Of a DNA stretch of 64,000 nucleotides, positions 1-9,591 are shown piece by piece. Made by a program: the position numbers and the translations under genes. The stretch's first letter is position 1, and every line of letters starts with the position of its first letter. This DNA comes from Escherichia phage vB_EcoP_EP32B. The notes below the pieces were generated by a model. It was given only the letters and a program-made list of their open reading frames with translations. It ran no database searches and had not been told where the DNA came from. The stretch is from sequence record OR544955; one strand, written 5' to 3'.

Positions 1-1
1 T

Positions 2-565
2 GAAACTAAATTTGCTGATAAATTTGCTTGTGAATTCAATAACCAAGTGAATATGCTTTTTAAACATTCACGTAAATTATTCACTGGCGGCGATGGCCGT
101 ACAAATAAAGTTCATGTTAAAGATTGGGTTACTGCAGTATTCAAACCAACTGGTAATGGTAACGCATCGTTATCAATTGATATCCAGGTTCCTTATTATT
201 ACTCACGTAATCTCGGTACCATGAAAGCCGAAGAAATTAATAAGCGCAACAAAACCATTCGTTCTCTGTCTTATAAACTTCGCATGATGTTACAGACTAT
301 GGATGTTGTTGAAATGTTCGACGAAACCGAAGATAACGGTTCAATGTTATTCAGTTCTCGAATTAAAATTAAACTGAAGAACCCTAATGTGTTTAAGCCT
401 ATTAAAGAACCTAAAGCAGAAAAGGTCGATATCATGGCCGAAGAACGCGAATATCTCAAATCTCGTCTGAAAGAAGTCGAAGCCCAGATTGCAGAACAAA
501 CTAAATCGTTAAAAGCTCTGAATGCGAAAGCGGACGGTTTACGAAATGCCATTGAGGTGTTATAA
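2..565 (+). CDS. hypothetical protein, probably 5-prime partial (frame open to window start), coiled-coil C-terminus
   Basis: ORF 47..565; no in-frame stop upstream to position 2. Confidence 0.45.
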   Translation, partial: ETKFADKFACEFNNQVNMLFKHSRKLFTGGDGRTNKVHVKDWVTAVFKPTGNGNASLSIDIQVPYYYSRNLGTMKAEEINKRNKTIRSLSYKLRMMLQTMDVVEMFDETEDNGSMLFSSRIKIKLKNPNVFKPIKEPKAEKVDIMAEEREYLKSRLKEVEAQIAEQTKSLKALNAKADGLRNAIEVL

Positions 566-870
566 TGAACCTACGTCTTCTAGAGGATATTGATATGAGC
601 ACTAATCATGGCTTGGTTAAGTTTATTGACGATAGTTCAAAGATTGAATTTGTTCAGCGAGATAAAATCCACGGTGAAGAAGAGTTCGTTCCTCCGGCAT
701 GGAACGAAATAATGAAAATGGTTGAACGACGTGAAAATGCTGCCAAATCGGCAGCAAAACATCCATGTCCGGAATGTGGAACTATCCAAGTCCAACTGGT
801 TAACTGGACCACTGATAACTTGAAATTGAAATGCCGTAAATGCTTCCACAAATTTGAGAGAACATTATAA
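565..870 (+). CDS. small zinc-ribbon protein (CPEC...CRKC)
   Basis: 101-aa ORF, ATGA start/stop overlap with upstream gene, two Cys pairs. Confidence 0.5.
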   Translation: MNLRLLEDIDMSTNHGLVKFIDDSSKIEFVQRDKIHGEEEFVPPAWNEIMKMVERRENAAKSAAKHPCPECGTIQVQLVNWTTDNLKLKCRKCFHKFERTL

Positions 871-1283
871 TGAGATATAGCCTTCGTTGTTTTATCGCAG
901 CTTTAGTTTTTGCCATCATTCCATTCATTTGGAACAGCCAGAATACTTACATGGAAACTAAAGTAATTCCTGTGGAGGTAGTGGAATTAATTTCAGGTCA
1001 ATCTACAGGAAAATATTCTAAATTGGAATTTATTGCAGTTTATAAAGATGAACAAGGTCGAGTTTTTGACAGGCATGTATCACCATCGTTTTATACGCTT
1101 CTTAATAAAGGTGATACGATAGCTATAGAAATTCGTGAGATGGATATCAAACAAACTACTAAAGATAACCTGATTTGGTTCTTTGGTACAGTGTTGATGT
1201 TCTCTATCGGTATCACAGGTTTTATTACATGCATTGTATTTGGTGTTGCATATTTAATCGATGAAAGGAAAAATAATGTTTAA
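870..1283 (+). CDS. membrane protein, N- and C-terminal hydrophobic segments
   Basis: 137-aa ORF coupled to neighbours. Confidence 0.5.
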   Translation: MRYSLRCFIAALVFAIIPFIWNSQNTYMETKVIPVEVVELISGQSTGKYSKLEFIAVYKDEQGRVFDRHVSPSFYTLLNKGDTIAIEIREMDIKQTTKDNLIWFFGTVLMFSIGITGFITCIVFGVAYLIDERKNNV

Positions 1284-1539
1284 AGTGTACGGGTATGACT
1301 CTACTATTCATAAATGCATTTATTGCGATAATGCGAAACGATTGCTGACTGTTAAGAAACAGCCATTCGAATTCATTAATGTTATGCCAGAAAAAGGTGT
1401 GTTCGATGATGAGAAAATTGCTGAGCTTCTGGTTAAGCTTGGCCGTGAATCACAAGTCGGATTGACTATGCCTCAAGTGTTTGCTCCTGATGGAACTTCG
1501 ATCGGTGGCTTTGACCAACTACGAGAATATTTTAAATGA
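1276..1539 (+). CDS. nrdC: glutaredoxin/thioredoxin NrdC
   Basis: MFKVYGYDS..CIYCDNAKRLL..GGFDQLREYFK, recalled T4 NrdC match; CxxC active site; RBS GAAAGGA. Confidence 0.9.
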   Translation: MFKVYGYDSTIHKCIYCDNAKRLLTVKKQPFEFINVMPEKGVFDDEKIAELLVKLGRESQVGLTMPQVFAPDGTSIGGFDQLREYFK

Positions 1540-1676
1540 CAATGGTTACCATTACCGTTGAAGAATATAATCGCCTGCAAGCCATTGAAGAGCTTCTTTG
1601 GGAAATTGAATCTGATTTGCCATCTGGGCTAGAATCCTGGGTTGATTATGAAGAGATCAATAAGCTCCGCGGTTAA
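1536..1676 (+). CDS. small hypothetical protein (46 aa)
   Basis: ATG overlaps nrdC stop (ATGA). Confidence 0.3.
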   Translation: MTMVTITVEEYNRLQAIEELLWEIESDLPSGLESWVDYEEINKLRG

Positions 1677-1804
1677 ACCGTGGTATTCGGCTCGATGGGA
1701 GACAGTCGAGCCAGACGTCGAAACGGTTTACAACTACGAAGAACCATGTTATGATGAACCTTCAATAAATGAATTAATTGATATGGAAATGGGAAGAGAT
1801 TATT

Positions 1805-1975
1805 ATGCAAGTTAAATTATTATACCGTTTATTAAAAAATGGCAAGCATGATTGGTATTTGCTTATTAAAACCGATCCGAATTTTTTCTCTGGACAACCA
1901 TTTACAGTTCGTCCTACTAAACGTCAGCTTCGCAAAGCTAAACGTTCTCATCGTAACTTTTATAGAGAATATTGA
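1805..1975 (+). CDS. small basic hypothetical protein
   Basis: ORF 1778..1975, internal ATG with upstream purine-rich tract. Confidence 0.3.
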   Translation: MQVKLLYRLLKNGKHDWYLLIKTDPNFFSGQPFTVRPTKRQLRKAKRSHRNFYREY

Positions 1976-1976
1976 T

Positions 1977-2390
1977 ATGAATATTTCTGAAACTCGCGGT
2001 AAATGGTTCAAGATTGTTAAAGAAGACGAAGAACTCCAAGATAAGTTTCCTGAATTAAAGAAAGATACGATCATCAAGGTAATTGGTACTACTACCGAAG
2101 ATGGTTATGGCGACCATGGCATTATCGAAGTGATGTTGAACACAGGTGAGAAACTTTGCATCTATGACCGTGATACTTCTCTTTGGTGCTTCTGGGAATC
2201 CCATTCAATAGATGAACTCGAAGAAATTGACCAAGTAGTTTGTGATGGTGGTCTTGGCGAATTCGAAGGTGAACGTATTTCTTATGCTTTAGCTAAATTA
2301 GCCGGTCAAGAAAATAACGACGGTTATGAAGGTAATCTGATGCAAGCAGCCGCAGAATACATTGAATATTTAGAAAGACGTTTAAGTTAA
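1977..2390 (+). CDS. hypothetical acidic protein (T4 pin/49.x position)
   Basis: 137-aa ORF between nrdC and gene 49. Confidence 0.5.
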   Translation: MNISETRGKWFKIVKEDEELQDKFPELKKDTIIKVIGTTTEDGYGDHGIIEVMLNTGEKLCIYDRDTSLWCFWESHSIDELEEIDQVVCDGGLGEFEGERISYALAKLAGQENNDGYEGNLMQAAAEYIEYLERRLS

Positions 2391-2429
2391 GTAATAAATA
2401 CCCTTATCTATTTAAGGTAAGGGTTTATC

Positions 2430-2903
2430 ATGTTATTATCAGGCGCAAAATATAAAGAAGAAAAACAAAAATTTTATGATGCACAGAATGGTAAGTGTCC
2501 TATTTGCCACCGTGAATTAGACCCTGATGTTCAAGGTAACCATCTTGACCACGACCATGAATTAAACGGGCCAAAAGCCGGTAGAGTTCGTGGGTTACTA
2601 TGTAACCTGTGCAATGCAGCAGAAGGTCAAATGAAGCATAAGTTCAACCGTTCTGGTCTTAAAGGTCAAAACGTTGACTACCTCGAATGGCTTGAAGCTC
2701 TTCTTGCTTATTTGAAACAAGATTATTCTGATAATAATATCCATCCTAATTTTGTTCCAGACAAAACTAAAGAGTTCTCAAGACTAGGTAAAGAGGAAAT
2801 GATGGCCGAGATGCTTCAAAGAGGATTTGAATATAATGAATCTGATACTAAAACACAATTAATAGCTTCATTCAAAAAGCAGCTTAGAAAGAGTTTAAAA
2901 TGA
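2430..2903 (+). CDS. 49: endonuclease VII (Holliday junction resolvase)
   Basis: 157 aa, zinc motif CPIC..C..C, HLDHDHELNGPKAGRVRGLLCNLCN as in T4 gp49. Confidence 0.95.
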   Translation: MLLSGAKYKEEKQKFYDAQNGKCPICHRELDPDVQGNHLDHDHELNGPKAGRVRGLLCNLCNAAEGQMKHKFNRSGLKGQNVDYLEWLEALLAYLKQDYSDNNIHPNFVPDKTKEFSRLGKEEMMAEMLQRGFEYNESDTKTQLIASFKKQLRKSLK

Positions 2904-4717
2904 AAATTGAAAAAGAAATTGAAGGATTAATTCGTAAAACTAATAAAGATCTTTTAAACGAGAATGCTAATAAAGATTCTCGTGTTTTTCCAACTCAACG
3001 GGACCTTATGGCTGGTATTGTGTCTAAGCACATTGCCAAAAATATGGTCCCGTCTTTTATTATGAAAGCGCATGAAAGTGGAATTATCCACATGCATGAT
3101 ATTGATTATTCTCCTGCTCTTCCGTTTACTAATTGTTGTTTAGTCGATTTAAAGGGGATGCTTGAGAACGGATTTAAATTAGGCAATGCTCAAATTGAAA
3201 CGCCTAAATCGATTGGTGTTGCTACTGCAATTATGGCACAAATTACTGCACAAGTTGCTTCACATCAGTATGGCGGAACTACATTTGCAAATGTCGATAA
3301 AGTTCTTTCTCCTTATGTTAAACGCACATACGCTAAACATGTTGAAGATGCGGAAAAATGGCAAATCGCTGATGCGTTGAATTATGCTCAATCCAAAACA
3401 GAAAAAGATGTCTATGACGCGTTCCAAGCTTATGAATATGAAGTAAATACTCTCTTTAGTTCAAATGGGCAAACGCCTTTTGTAACAATTACATTTGGTA
3501 CGGGAACCGACTGGACTGAACGAATGATTCAGAAGGCAATTCTTAAAAACCGCATTAAAGGTCTTGGTCGTGATGGAATAACTCCTATTTTCCCTAAGCT
3601 TGTTATGTTTGTTGAAGAAGGTGTTAATCTTTATAAAGATGATCCGAACTATGATATTAAGCAGCTTGCTCTAGAGTGTGCAAGTAAAAGGATGTATCCT
3701 GACATTATTTCGGTTAAGAATAATAAAGCTATTACCGGTTCTTCAATTCCAGTTTCTCCAATGGGTTGCCGTAGTTTCTTGGGCGTATGGAAAGATTCGA
3801 CTGGTAATGAAATTCTTGATGGACGTAATAATCTCGGTGTTGTAACGCTGAATCTTCCTCGAATTGCGTTAGATTCTTATATTGGAACACAATTTAACGA
3901 ACAGAAATTTGTTGAATTATTCAATGAACGAATGGATTTGTGTTTTGAAGCATTGATGTGTAGAATTAGTTCCTTAAAAGGAGTTAAAGCGACTGTTGCT
4001 CCTATTCTTTACCAAGAAGGTGCATTCGGGGTTCGTCTTAAACCCGATGACGATATAATTGAGTTATTTAAAAACGGTAGAAGTTCAGTGTCCTTAGGAT
4101 ACATTGGTATTCACGAATTGAATATTCTTGTTGGTCGTGATATTGGACAAGAAATTTTAACTAAAATGAATGCTCTTCTTAAACAATGGACTGAAAGAAC
4201 TGGGTTTGCTTTTAGCTTGTATTCTACACCTGCTGAAAACCTTTGTTATCGTTTCTGTAAACTAGACACAGAAAAATATGGAAGTGTAAAGGATGTTACT
4301 GATAAAGGATGGTATACTAACAGTTTCCACGTTTCAGTAGAAGAAAATATTACTCCGTTTGAAAAGATTTCTCGTGAAGCACCATATCATTTCATTGCGA
4401 CAGGTGGTCACATTTCTTATGTTGAACTTCCTGATATGAAAAACAACCTAAAAGGACTTGAGGCTGTATGGGATTATGCTGCACAGCATTTAGATTATTT
4501 TGGTGTTAATATGCCAGTAGATAAATGTTTTACATGTGGAAGTACCCATGAAATGACTCCGACTGAAAATGGATTTGTTTGTTCTATTTGTGGAGAAACT
4601 GATCCTAAAAAGATGAACACAATAAGAAGAACATGCGGCTATTTGGGGAATCCGAACGAACGAGGATTTAATCTCGGCAAAAATAAAGAAATCATGCATA
4701 GGGTTAAACACCAATGA
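2900..4717 (+). CDS. nrdD: anaerobic ribonucleoside-triphosphate reductase NrdD
   Basis: 605 aa continuous ORF, glycyl-radical C-terminus (RRTCGYLG), C-terminal zinc Cys cluster. Confidence 0.95.
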   Translation: MKIEKEIEGLIRKTNKDLLNENANKDSRVFPTQRDLMAGIVSKHIAKNMVPSFIMKAHESGIIHMHDIDYSPALPFTNCCLVDLKGMLENGFKLGNAQIETPKSIGVATAIMAQITAQVASHQYGGTTFANVDKVLSPYVKRTYAKHVEDAEKWQIADALNYAQSKTEKDVYDAFQAYEYEVNTLFSSNGQTPFVTITFGTGTDWTERMIQKAILKNRIKGLGRDGITPIFPKLVMFVEEGVNLYKDDPNYDIKQLALECASKRMYPDIISVKNNKAITGSSIPVSPMGCRSFLGVWKDSTGNEILDGRNNLGVVTLNLPRIALDSYIGTQFNEQKFVELFNERMDLCFEALMCRISSLKGVKATVAPILYQEGAFGVRLKPDDDIIELFKNGRSSVSLGYIGIHELNILVGRDIGQEILTKMNALLKQWTERTGFAFSLYSTPAENLCYRFCKLDTEKYGSVKDVTDKGWYTNSFHVSVEENITPFEKISREAPYHFIATGGHISYVELPDMKNNLKGLEAVWDYAAQHLDYFGVNMPVDKCFTCGSTHEMTPTENGFVCSICGETDPKKMNTIRRTCGYLGNPNERGFNLGKNKEIMHRVKHQ

Positions 4718-5184
4718 ATTATGATAGATTTTATCCTTGCGATTTTGTGAATGGCCCTGGTTGCAGGGTCGTTCTTTTCGTTACGGGTTGTTTGCATAAA
4801 TGCGAAGGGTGTTATAATAAATCAACATGGAATGCTAGAAATGGTACTCCATTCACTGGAGAGACACTAGAACAATTAATTGAATGTTTGAATAATGATT
4901 ATATAGAAGGATTGACTATAACCGGAGGAGACCCTCTCTATCCTGATAACCGAGATGTTATTCATCGCATTGCTCAAACAGTAAAAAATCTTTATCCTAA
5001 TAAAAGCATTTGGTTGTGGACAGGATACAAGTTTGAAGATATTAAACAACTAGAAATGCTTAAATATGTTGATGTTATTATTGATGGGAAGTATGAGAAA
5101 AATCTTCCGACTAAAAAGCTGTGGCGAGGATCAGATAATCAGCGACTTTGGTCAAATACCGATGGGGTGTGGAAACATGATTAA
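4714..5184 (+). CDS. nrdG: anaerobic RNR activating enzyme NrdG (radical SAM)
   Basis: 156 aa, CxxxCxxC (CLHKCEGC), translationally coupled to nrdD. Confidence 0.93.
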   Translation: MNYDRFYPCDFVNGPGCRVVLFVTGCLHKCEGCYNKSTWNARNGTPFTGETLEQLIECLNNDYIEGLTITGGDPLYPDNRDVIHRIAQTVKNLYPNKSIWLWTGYKFEDIKQLEMLKYVDVIIDGKYEKNLPTKKLWRGSDNQRLWSNTDGVWKHD

Positions 5185-5294
5185 ATTGAATTACATTATG
5201 GATACTATAAATGATATGATTTTTCGTTTTGGTCCAGAATTTTATTCGCAATATAGTTTAATGATTATCAATGCTTAGTTAATTAAGGGTAAAT

Positions 5295-5510
5295 ATGTAC
5301 AAATTTCGTAAAGGTTTAGCTGATTTTCTTACAACTGTAACGTTCTTTTTGTTTATGGCAGTTGGAGCTATTTTTCTTATTCCTTTTACTGCTGTATTTT
5401 TCGTGATTAGTTTAATTTCTCCGGAAAAGGGTTTATCCTCCAGCGAATTCAATGAACGTTTGGACAAAATTACTAATAAACTGAATTCTGTTCTTGATAA
5501 AAAGGCTTAA
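5295..5510 (+). CDS. small membrane protein
   Basis: 71 aa, long hydrophobic core. Confidence 0.45.
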   Translation: MYKFRKGLADFLTTVTFFLFMAVGAIFLIPFTAVFFVISLISPEKGLSSSEFNERLDKITNKLNSVLDKKA

Positions 5511-5512
5511 TT

Positions 5513-5821
5513 ATGATTAGTTTTGAGATTGAAATTTATGGCATCCCTGAAGAAGTAGGACGTTGTCCAGGATGTTATACTGTTACAAAACTTTTAAAGG
5601 AACTCAATGCTCCTTATACATTTTATAAAGTCCTCACTAATAATGGTAAGATTGAATATGACCGTCCTTTAATCGTATCTCTTGCTAAACGTGCAGGATT
5701 CACTTCACTTAATATTCGTTATCCTGTCATATTTTTAAATGGTAAGAAACAAAAGAATATTGCAGAGTTTAAAAAGTCCTTGATTTCATTAGGATACGAC
5801 TCTGATATCATAGAAGATTGA
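5513..5821 (+). CDS. nrdH: glutaredoxin-like protein NrdH
   Basis: 102 aa, CPGC redox motif, position after nrdG. Confidence 0.8.
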   Translation: MISFEIEIYGIPEEVGRCPGCYTVTKLLKELNAPYTFYKVLTNNGKIEYDRPLIVSLAKRAGFTSLNIRYPVIFLNGKKQKNIAEFKKSLISLGYDSDIIED

Positions 5822-5987
5822 CCAGGTGCTGCCTGGTCTTCTTTATCCCATTTCTAATATAATCCATTGGAATCTTCACTTCACTATCTCCTTGTGCCCC
5901 TCTCAAATCAAAAATATTTTCATAAAACAGTTTACATCCTCAATAGATATGTTAAGATTAACACCATCTACCACAGAGGAAAATAAA

Positions 5988-6170
5988 ATGACAATTGAAG
6001 ATAAAGAAATTAAGGCTGACCAGTACTATTCTGTCAACGGTAATGCAGTACAGATAACCAGAGTTTCAAGCCTGGATGTTTGGTACCGTTCAATCAAATA
6101 TCCAGAAATTGGTGAAATGCTTTGTGACCGTGGTATCTTCTGTTCAATTGCGAAGGAAATTAAGCCATGA
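5988..6170 (+). CDS. hypothetical protein
   Basis: internal ATG of ORF 5826..6170 preceded by AGAGGAAAATAAA. Confidence 0.4.
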   Translation: MTIEDKEIKADQYYSVNGNAVQITRVSSLDVWYRSIKYPEIGEMLCDRGIFCSIAKEIKP

Positions 6171-6394
6171 TTAGTTTAGATTCAAAGAAAGTTGTTCTAA
6201 CCCTTAAAGTTAATGCGATTTGCATGTTGAAATTGCTAATGGCGTTCGTACTTATCAAGCAAATAAAACTCATTGGGATTATATCCCGATGTTGACGCTT
6301 ACTCAGCGTTTAGAATCAATCGGTCTTAAAGACCTTTCAGTAAGTGAAGTGAATTTTATCAAACGCGTTGTATCAATCAACCTCTGAGGTACTT

Positions 6395-6556
6395 ATGGGT
6401 AAAACGTATCGTCGTAAAGATTTGAAAGTTCGCGATTATGACTATTTTGGTAAACGTAAAGCTCCTGACGGTGTTAGCCACAAAGACATGGTTGAAAACA
6501 TATTCCGCTCTGATAAATGGAAGCGTATGAAAGGCGTTGATTCTGAAGTCAAATGA
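6395..6556 (+). CDS. hypothetical protein
   Basis: ATG preceded by GAGGTACTT. Confidence 0.4.
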   Translation: MGKTYRRKDLKVRDYDYFGKRKAPDGVSHKDMVENIFRSDKWKRMKGVDSEVK

Positions 6557-6693
6557 AATGAATCGACAACTCCGCAAAGAAGTTCGTAAGTTGAAAAAAG
6601 ATGTTTACAGTAAAGAAGAGTATGATTATAATACTTCTCATACTGAAGCCAAACGTAAAGCTAACGAATGTTATCGTTACAGTTGAGGAAATT

Positions 6694-6828
6694 ATGAATA
6701 TCAAACGAATGCTTTTTAAGCAGGGATTATATACTTTAAATGTTAATCCAAAGGGTGATACAACTAAATGGTCTGTAAATGACTGGATTAAGTTCATCGA
6801 TGAAAATGGGGCGTGGAACACAAAATGA
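6694..6828 (+). CDS. hypothetical protein
   Basis: ATG preceded by GAGGAAATT. Confidence 0.35.
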   Translation: MNIKRMLFKQGLYTLNVNPKGDTTKWSVNDWIKFIDENGAWNTK

Positions 6829-7025
6829 ATCCTGAAAATATTGTGTCATGGCAACTTCGTGAAGAACGTGCCGAATTCTTTGCCAATATGAAACTCAACG
6901 GTGTTGAGGATGAAGACTTTTTACGTTGGTTCTGGATTTACAAATACAAAGAATGCCAACATGCTGTGCTATTGACTTGCGCAGTTATGTACGAAGGCTG
7001 GAAAGGCGCTAAAAAGTTCGGTTAA
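6825..7025 (+). CDS. hypothetical protein
   Basis: ATGA overlap coupling. Confidence 0.4.
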   Translation: MNPENIVSWQLREERAEFFANMKLNGVEDEDFLRWFWIYKYKECQHAVLLTCAVMYEGWKGAKKFG

Positions 7026-7088
7026 TAATATACAACGATAGGAAGATAATAACATGACTTCCTATCGTCTTAAAATGAGGAAAATATC

Positions 7089-7328
7089 ATGGCCCAAGAA
7101 TTAGATTTTATCAAATTCAAAAAACACCTCGACGTTAAAATTGGGGATTCAATTGTTAGGATTGAGTATGACATTTTAACAGATGCTATTACTGTTAGTT
7201 GTGATGGAAATAGTTTCAGCTTCGATACAACCGAAAACAAATACCCAATATATAAAGGTATCTTTGATATGGGTGTCGATATCAGCCCACGCGATACAAA
7301 TTACTTGCTTTTCATGCTTAAAAAATAG
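7089..7328 (+). CDS. hypothetical protein
   Basis: 79-aa ORF with RBS. Confidence 0.45.
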   Translation: MAQELDFIKFKKHLDVKIGDSIVRIEYDILTDAITVSCDGNSFSFDTTENKYPIYKGIFDMGVDISPRDTNYLLFMLKK

Positions 7329-7358
7329 TGTACAGACTCTTGAGAGCAGAGTATAATG
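7328..7358 (+). promoter_or_regulatory. early promoter
   Basis: -35 TGTACA, 17-nt spacer, -10 TATAAT; duplicate of 51186-51216. Confidence 0.6.
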
Positions 7359-7394
7359 CCCTCGTTGGATAATAAAATAACCGAGGAAAATAAT

Positions 7395-7727
7395 ATGTCT
7401 ACTAAAATCAAAAACGTAGTTAATTCTTTCGCTTTCGATAAAGTTGTTGCTCTTCTGGAATCCGGCAATATTGTTACTCCTCAAGTTCTTGACGCGTGGG
7501 AATTCCGTCTTTATGAAATCATGCAAAAACACGACCAGAAAATTGGACGTAATTCTATTCGTGAAATTCTAGTACAATATATTCTTTCTGAATTTGACGT
7601 TGCTGCATTTGGTGTTGAATCTAAAGCTTATCAGAAACATGAAATCTCTGAAAAGACTATCCGTCGTATGAAAAATCAACGTAAGAAAAAATTCGCTGAC
7701 TTGAAAATTGTTAAGGCGGTAAAATGA
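7395..7727 (+). CDS. hypothetical protein
   Basis: RBS GAGGAAAATAAT, downstream of early promoter 7328-7358. Confidence 0.5.
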   Translation: MSTKIKNVVNSFAFDKVVALLESGNIVTPQVLDAWEFRLYEIMQKHDQKIGRNSIREILVQYILSEFDVAAFGVESKAYQKHEISEKTIRRMKNQRKKKFADLKIVKAVK

Positions 7728-7951
7728 GCGTATTAACAGAAACTTTGATTAATGACCTGCGTCTAGCTGGTTACGAAGTTGGTACAAATAGCCTAGGTCT
7801 TCCTCAGATTGAAGGTCCTGGATTTATTTTGGAATATGAATTCAAACAATGGTGGTTATATGCTACGGTTGACGATGCGTTGAATATTGATTTCGTTGAC
7901 CAATTTGATTCGCTGGATGCTGCTCTTGAAGCAGCAAAGGAACTAGAATGA
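7724..7951 (+). CDS. hypothetical protein
   Basis: ATGA-coupled ORF. Confidence 0.5.
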   Translation: MSVLTETLINDLRLAGYEVGTNSLGLPQIEGPGFILEYEFKQWWLYATVDDALNIDFVDQFDSLDAALEAAKELE

Positions 7952-8217
7952 AATTAACTCGAATCAGTATAACTGAAGAAAAGCTGGGCGAATTTTATGT
8001 TGACGAATACATGAAAGTTACGTATTTTCCATTCGTTAAAGGTGTTGGTTTTTGGGAAACTCATGTATCTCAATTAAACGAAGGCGACTATAACGAAACA
8101 CATGAGAACTTTTTAGATTTTCTTTATAATGCCGGTCTTACTGAGCTTTATATCGATATCCATGAGTTCAAACGTTTAATGGAAAAAGTGTTTCAGGCTT
8201 ATTGTTTGCTCCGATAG
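7948..8217 (+). CDS. hypothetical protein
   Basis: ATGA-coupled ORF. Confidence 0.5.
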   Translation: MKLTRISITEEKLGEFYVDEYMKVTYFPFVKGVGFWETHVSQLNEGDYNETHENFLDFLYNAGLTELYIDIHEFKRLMEKVFQAYCLLR

Positions 8218-8224
8218 TATCTCG

Positions 8225-8268
8225 TGCTTTAAGATAGGTCTCTAAATATTATGATATAATAGACCTAT
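8225..8268 (+). promoter_or_regulatory. gene 55 promoter region: MotA box plus -10, with 8-bp inverted repeat around a second TATAAT
   Basis: TGCTTTA 8225-31; TAAATAT 8243-49; IR ATAGGTCT 8234-41 / AGACCTAT 8261-68. Confidence 0.5.
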
Positions 8269-8289
8269 GAATTGAGCCAAGAGGTACTT

Positions 8290-8847
8290 ATGACTGAACA
8301 AAAACCTAAAAATAACTATGTGAATAATAAAGAGCTTCTCGCCGCTATAATCGAGTGGAAAAAGGAGCTCTTAAATAATAAAGACCCAAACAAAATTATT
8401 CGTCAGAATGATACCATCGGTTTAGCAATTATGCTTATCGCCGAAGGCCTGTCCAAACGTTTCAACTTTTCAGGATATACCCAGTCTTGGAAGCAGGAGA
8501 TGATTGCAGATGGGATTGAAGCCTCTATTAAGGGACTTCATAATTTCGACGAAACTAAGTACAATAACCCACATGCATACATAACTCGAGCTTGTTTTAA
8601 TGCTTTTGTCCAACGTATCAAAAAAGAACGTAAGGAAGTTGCAAAGAAATATAGTTACTTCGTTCATAATGTCTACGACAGTCATGACGATGATATGGTA
8701 GCGTTGGTAGATGAAACGTTTATTCAAGACATCTACGATAAAATGACGCATTATGAAGAATCCGCTTATAAAGCTCCTGGGGCTGAAAAGAAGGAAGTTG
8801 TTAGCGATTCGCCTAGTTTGGATTTTTTATATGAGGATGACAATTGA
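8290..8847 (+). CDS. 55: late-transcription sigma factor gp55
   Basis: 185 aa, [61 protein letters not shown], recalled T4 gp55 match. Confidence 0.93.
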   Translation: MTEQKPKNNYVNNKELLAAIIEWKKELLNNKDPNKIIRQNDTIGLAIMLIAEGLSKRFNFSGYTQSWKQEMIADGIEASIKGLHNFDETKYNNPHAYITRACFNAFVQRIKKERKEVAKKYSYFVHNVYDSHDDDMVALVDETFIQDIYDKMTHYEESAYKAPGAEKKEVVSDSPSLDFLYEDDN

Positions 8848-9046
8848 CATCTCTAACTACTTAGAAGAACCTTTTGACGAAGCAATCCCTTATTTGGTAA
8901 AACTGTTGGGTCGTGAATTTAAAATTAATTTTGACATCGACCCTTTGAACCCACACGACGTGTCATTTTCGATAAATGGGACTCCAGTTGAGTACGAGTT
9001 CTGTATTGAAGAGGATGGACGTTTTTATTTTAATTTAATGAGATAA
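8831..9046 (+). CDS. hypothetical protein
   Basis: overlaps gene 55 end; start uncertain (8831 or 8837). Confidence 0.35.
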   Translation: MRMTIDISNYLEEPFDEAIPYLVKLLGREFKINFDIDPLNPHDVSFSINGTPVEYEFCIEEDGRFYFNLMR

Positions 9047-9047
9047 T

Positions 9048-9371
9048 ATGACTACCGAGATTATTGAAAATAAAGAAGCAGAAGATGCAGTAGCTAAAAT
9101 GCTACAAGAAATCCAAAAGAAAAATGAAGCTGAAGCACGTAAAAAATCCGAAAAGATTCTTAAAAAGAATCGTTTTGAACTAAACCGTCTTTATGCTCAC
9201 GCTCAAGAAGCAGCAATTCAAAACAACTTCGAAGCTTACGAATATGCTATTAAGAAATCTCGGGATATTCTACGACAACCATATAATGACAAGTTAATTA
9301 AAATCCAGTGGGTTACTACTCGTCAGGCTATTGAGGACATTATTAATGGCGCTAGTTCAAACAAAGTTTAA
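9048..9371 (+). CDS. hypothetical basic coiled-coil protein
   Basis: 107-aa ORF. Confidence 0.5.
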   Translation: MTTEIIENKEAEDAVAKMLQEIQKKNEAEARKKSEKILKKNRFELNRLYAHAQEAAIQNNFEAYEYAIKKSRDILRQPYNDKLIKIQWVTTRQAIEDIINGASSNKV

Positions 9372-9552
9372 ACGTCTGAAACTGAACGCAGGGTTCACCC
9401 TTAAATTGGGAGGTCCTCTTTGTGTTAAAATTTCTGAAAAGGAATATCACGACGGTTCTATTACAGAAATTTGTCCGCCTATTGTAAAGGCAGACCCAAA
9501 ACAACTCGTATGGGTCGATTCATTTCAAGTTAAGAAATGGTGGAAACGATGA
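9346..9552 (+). CDS. hypothetical protein
   Basis: ATG after GAGGA. Confidence 0.4.
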   Translation: MALVQTKFKRLKLNAGFTLKLGGPLCVKISEKEYHDGSITEICPPIVKADPKQLVWVDSFQVKKWWKR

Positions 9553-9591
9553 GAGAAATTGATTTAGGCATTTTCTGAGAGGTGCTTATGC

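Noticed and set aside
271-552. Antisense ORFs inside confirmed genes (for example 271-552, 3186-3380, 11350-11838, 17254-17667, 26301-26666, 47470-47946)
   Set aside because: They lie wholly within well-supported genes on the other strand or frame and lack RBSs; typical spurious ORFs in AT-rich DNA.
2900-4717. Group I intron in nrdD
   Set aside because: The ORF is continuous at T4 NrdD length with no intervening non-coding block.
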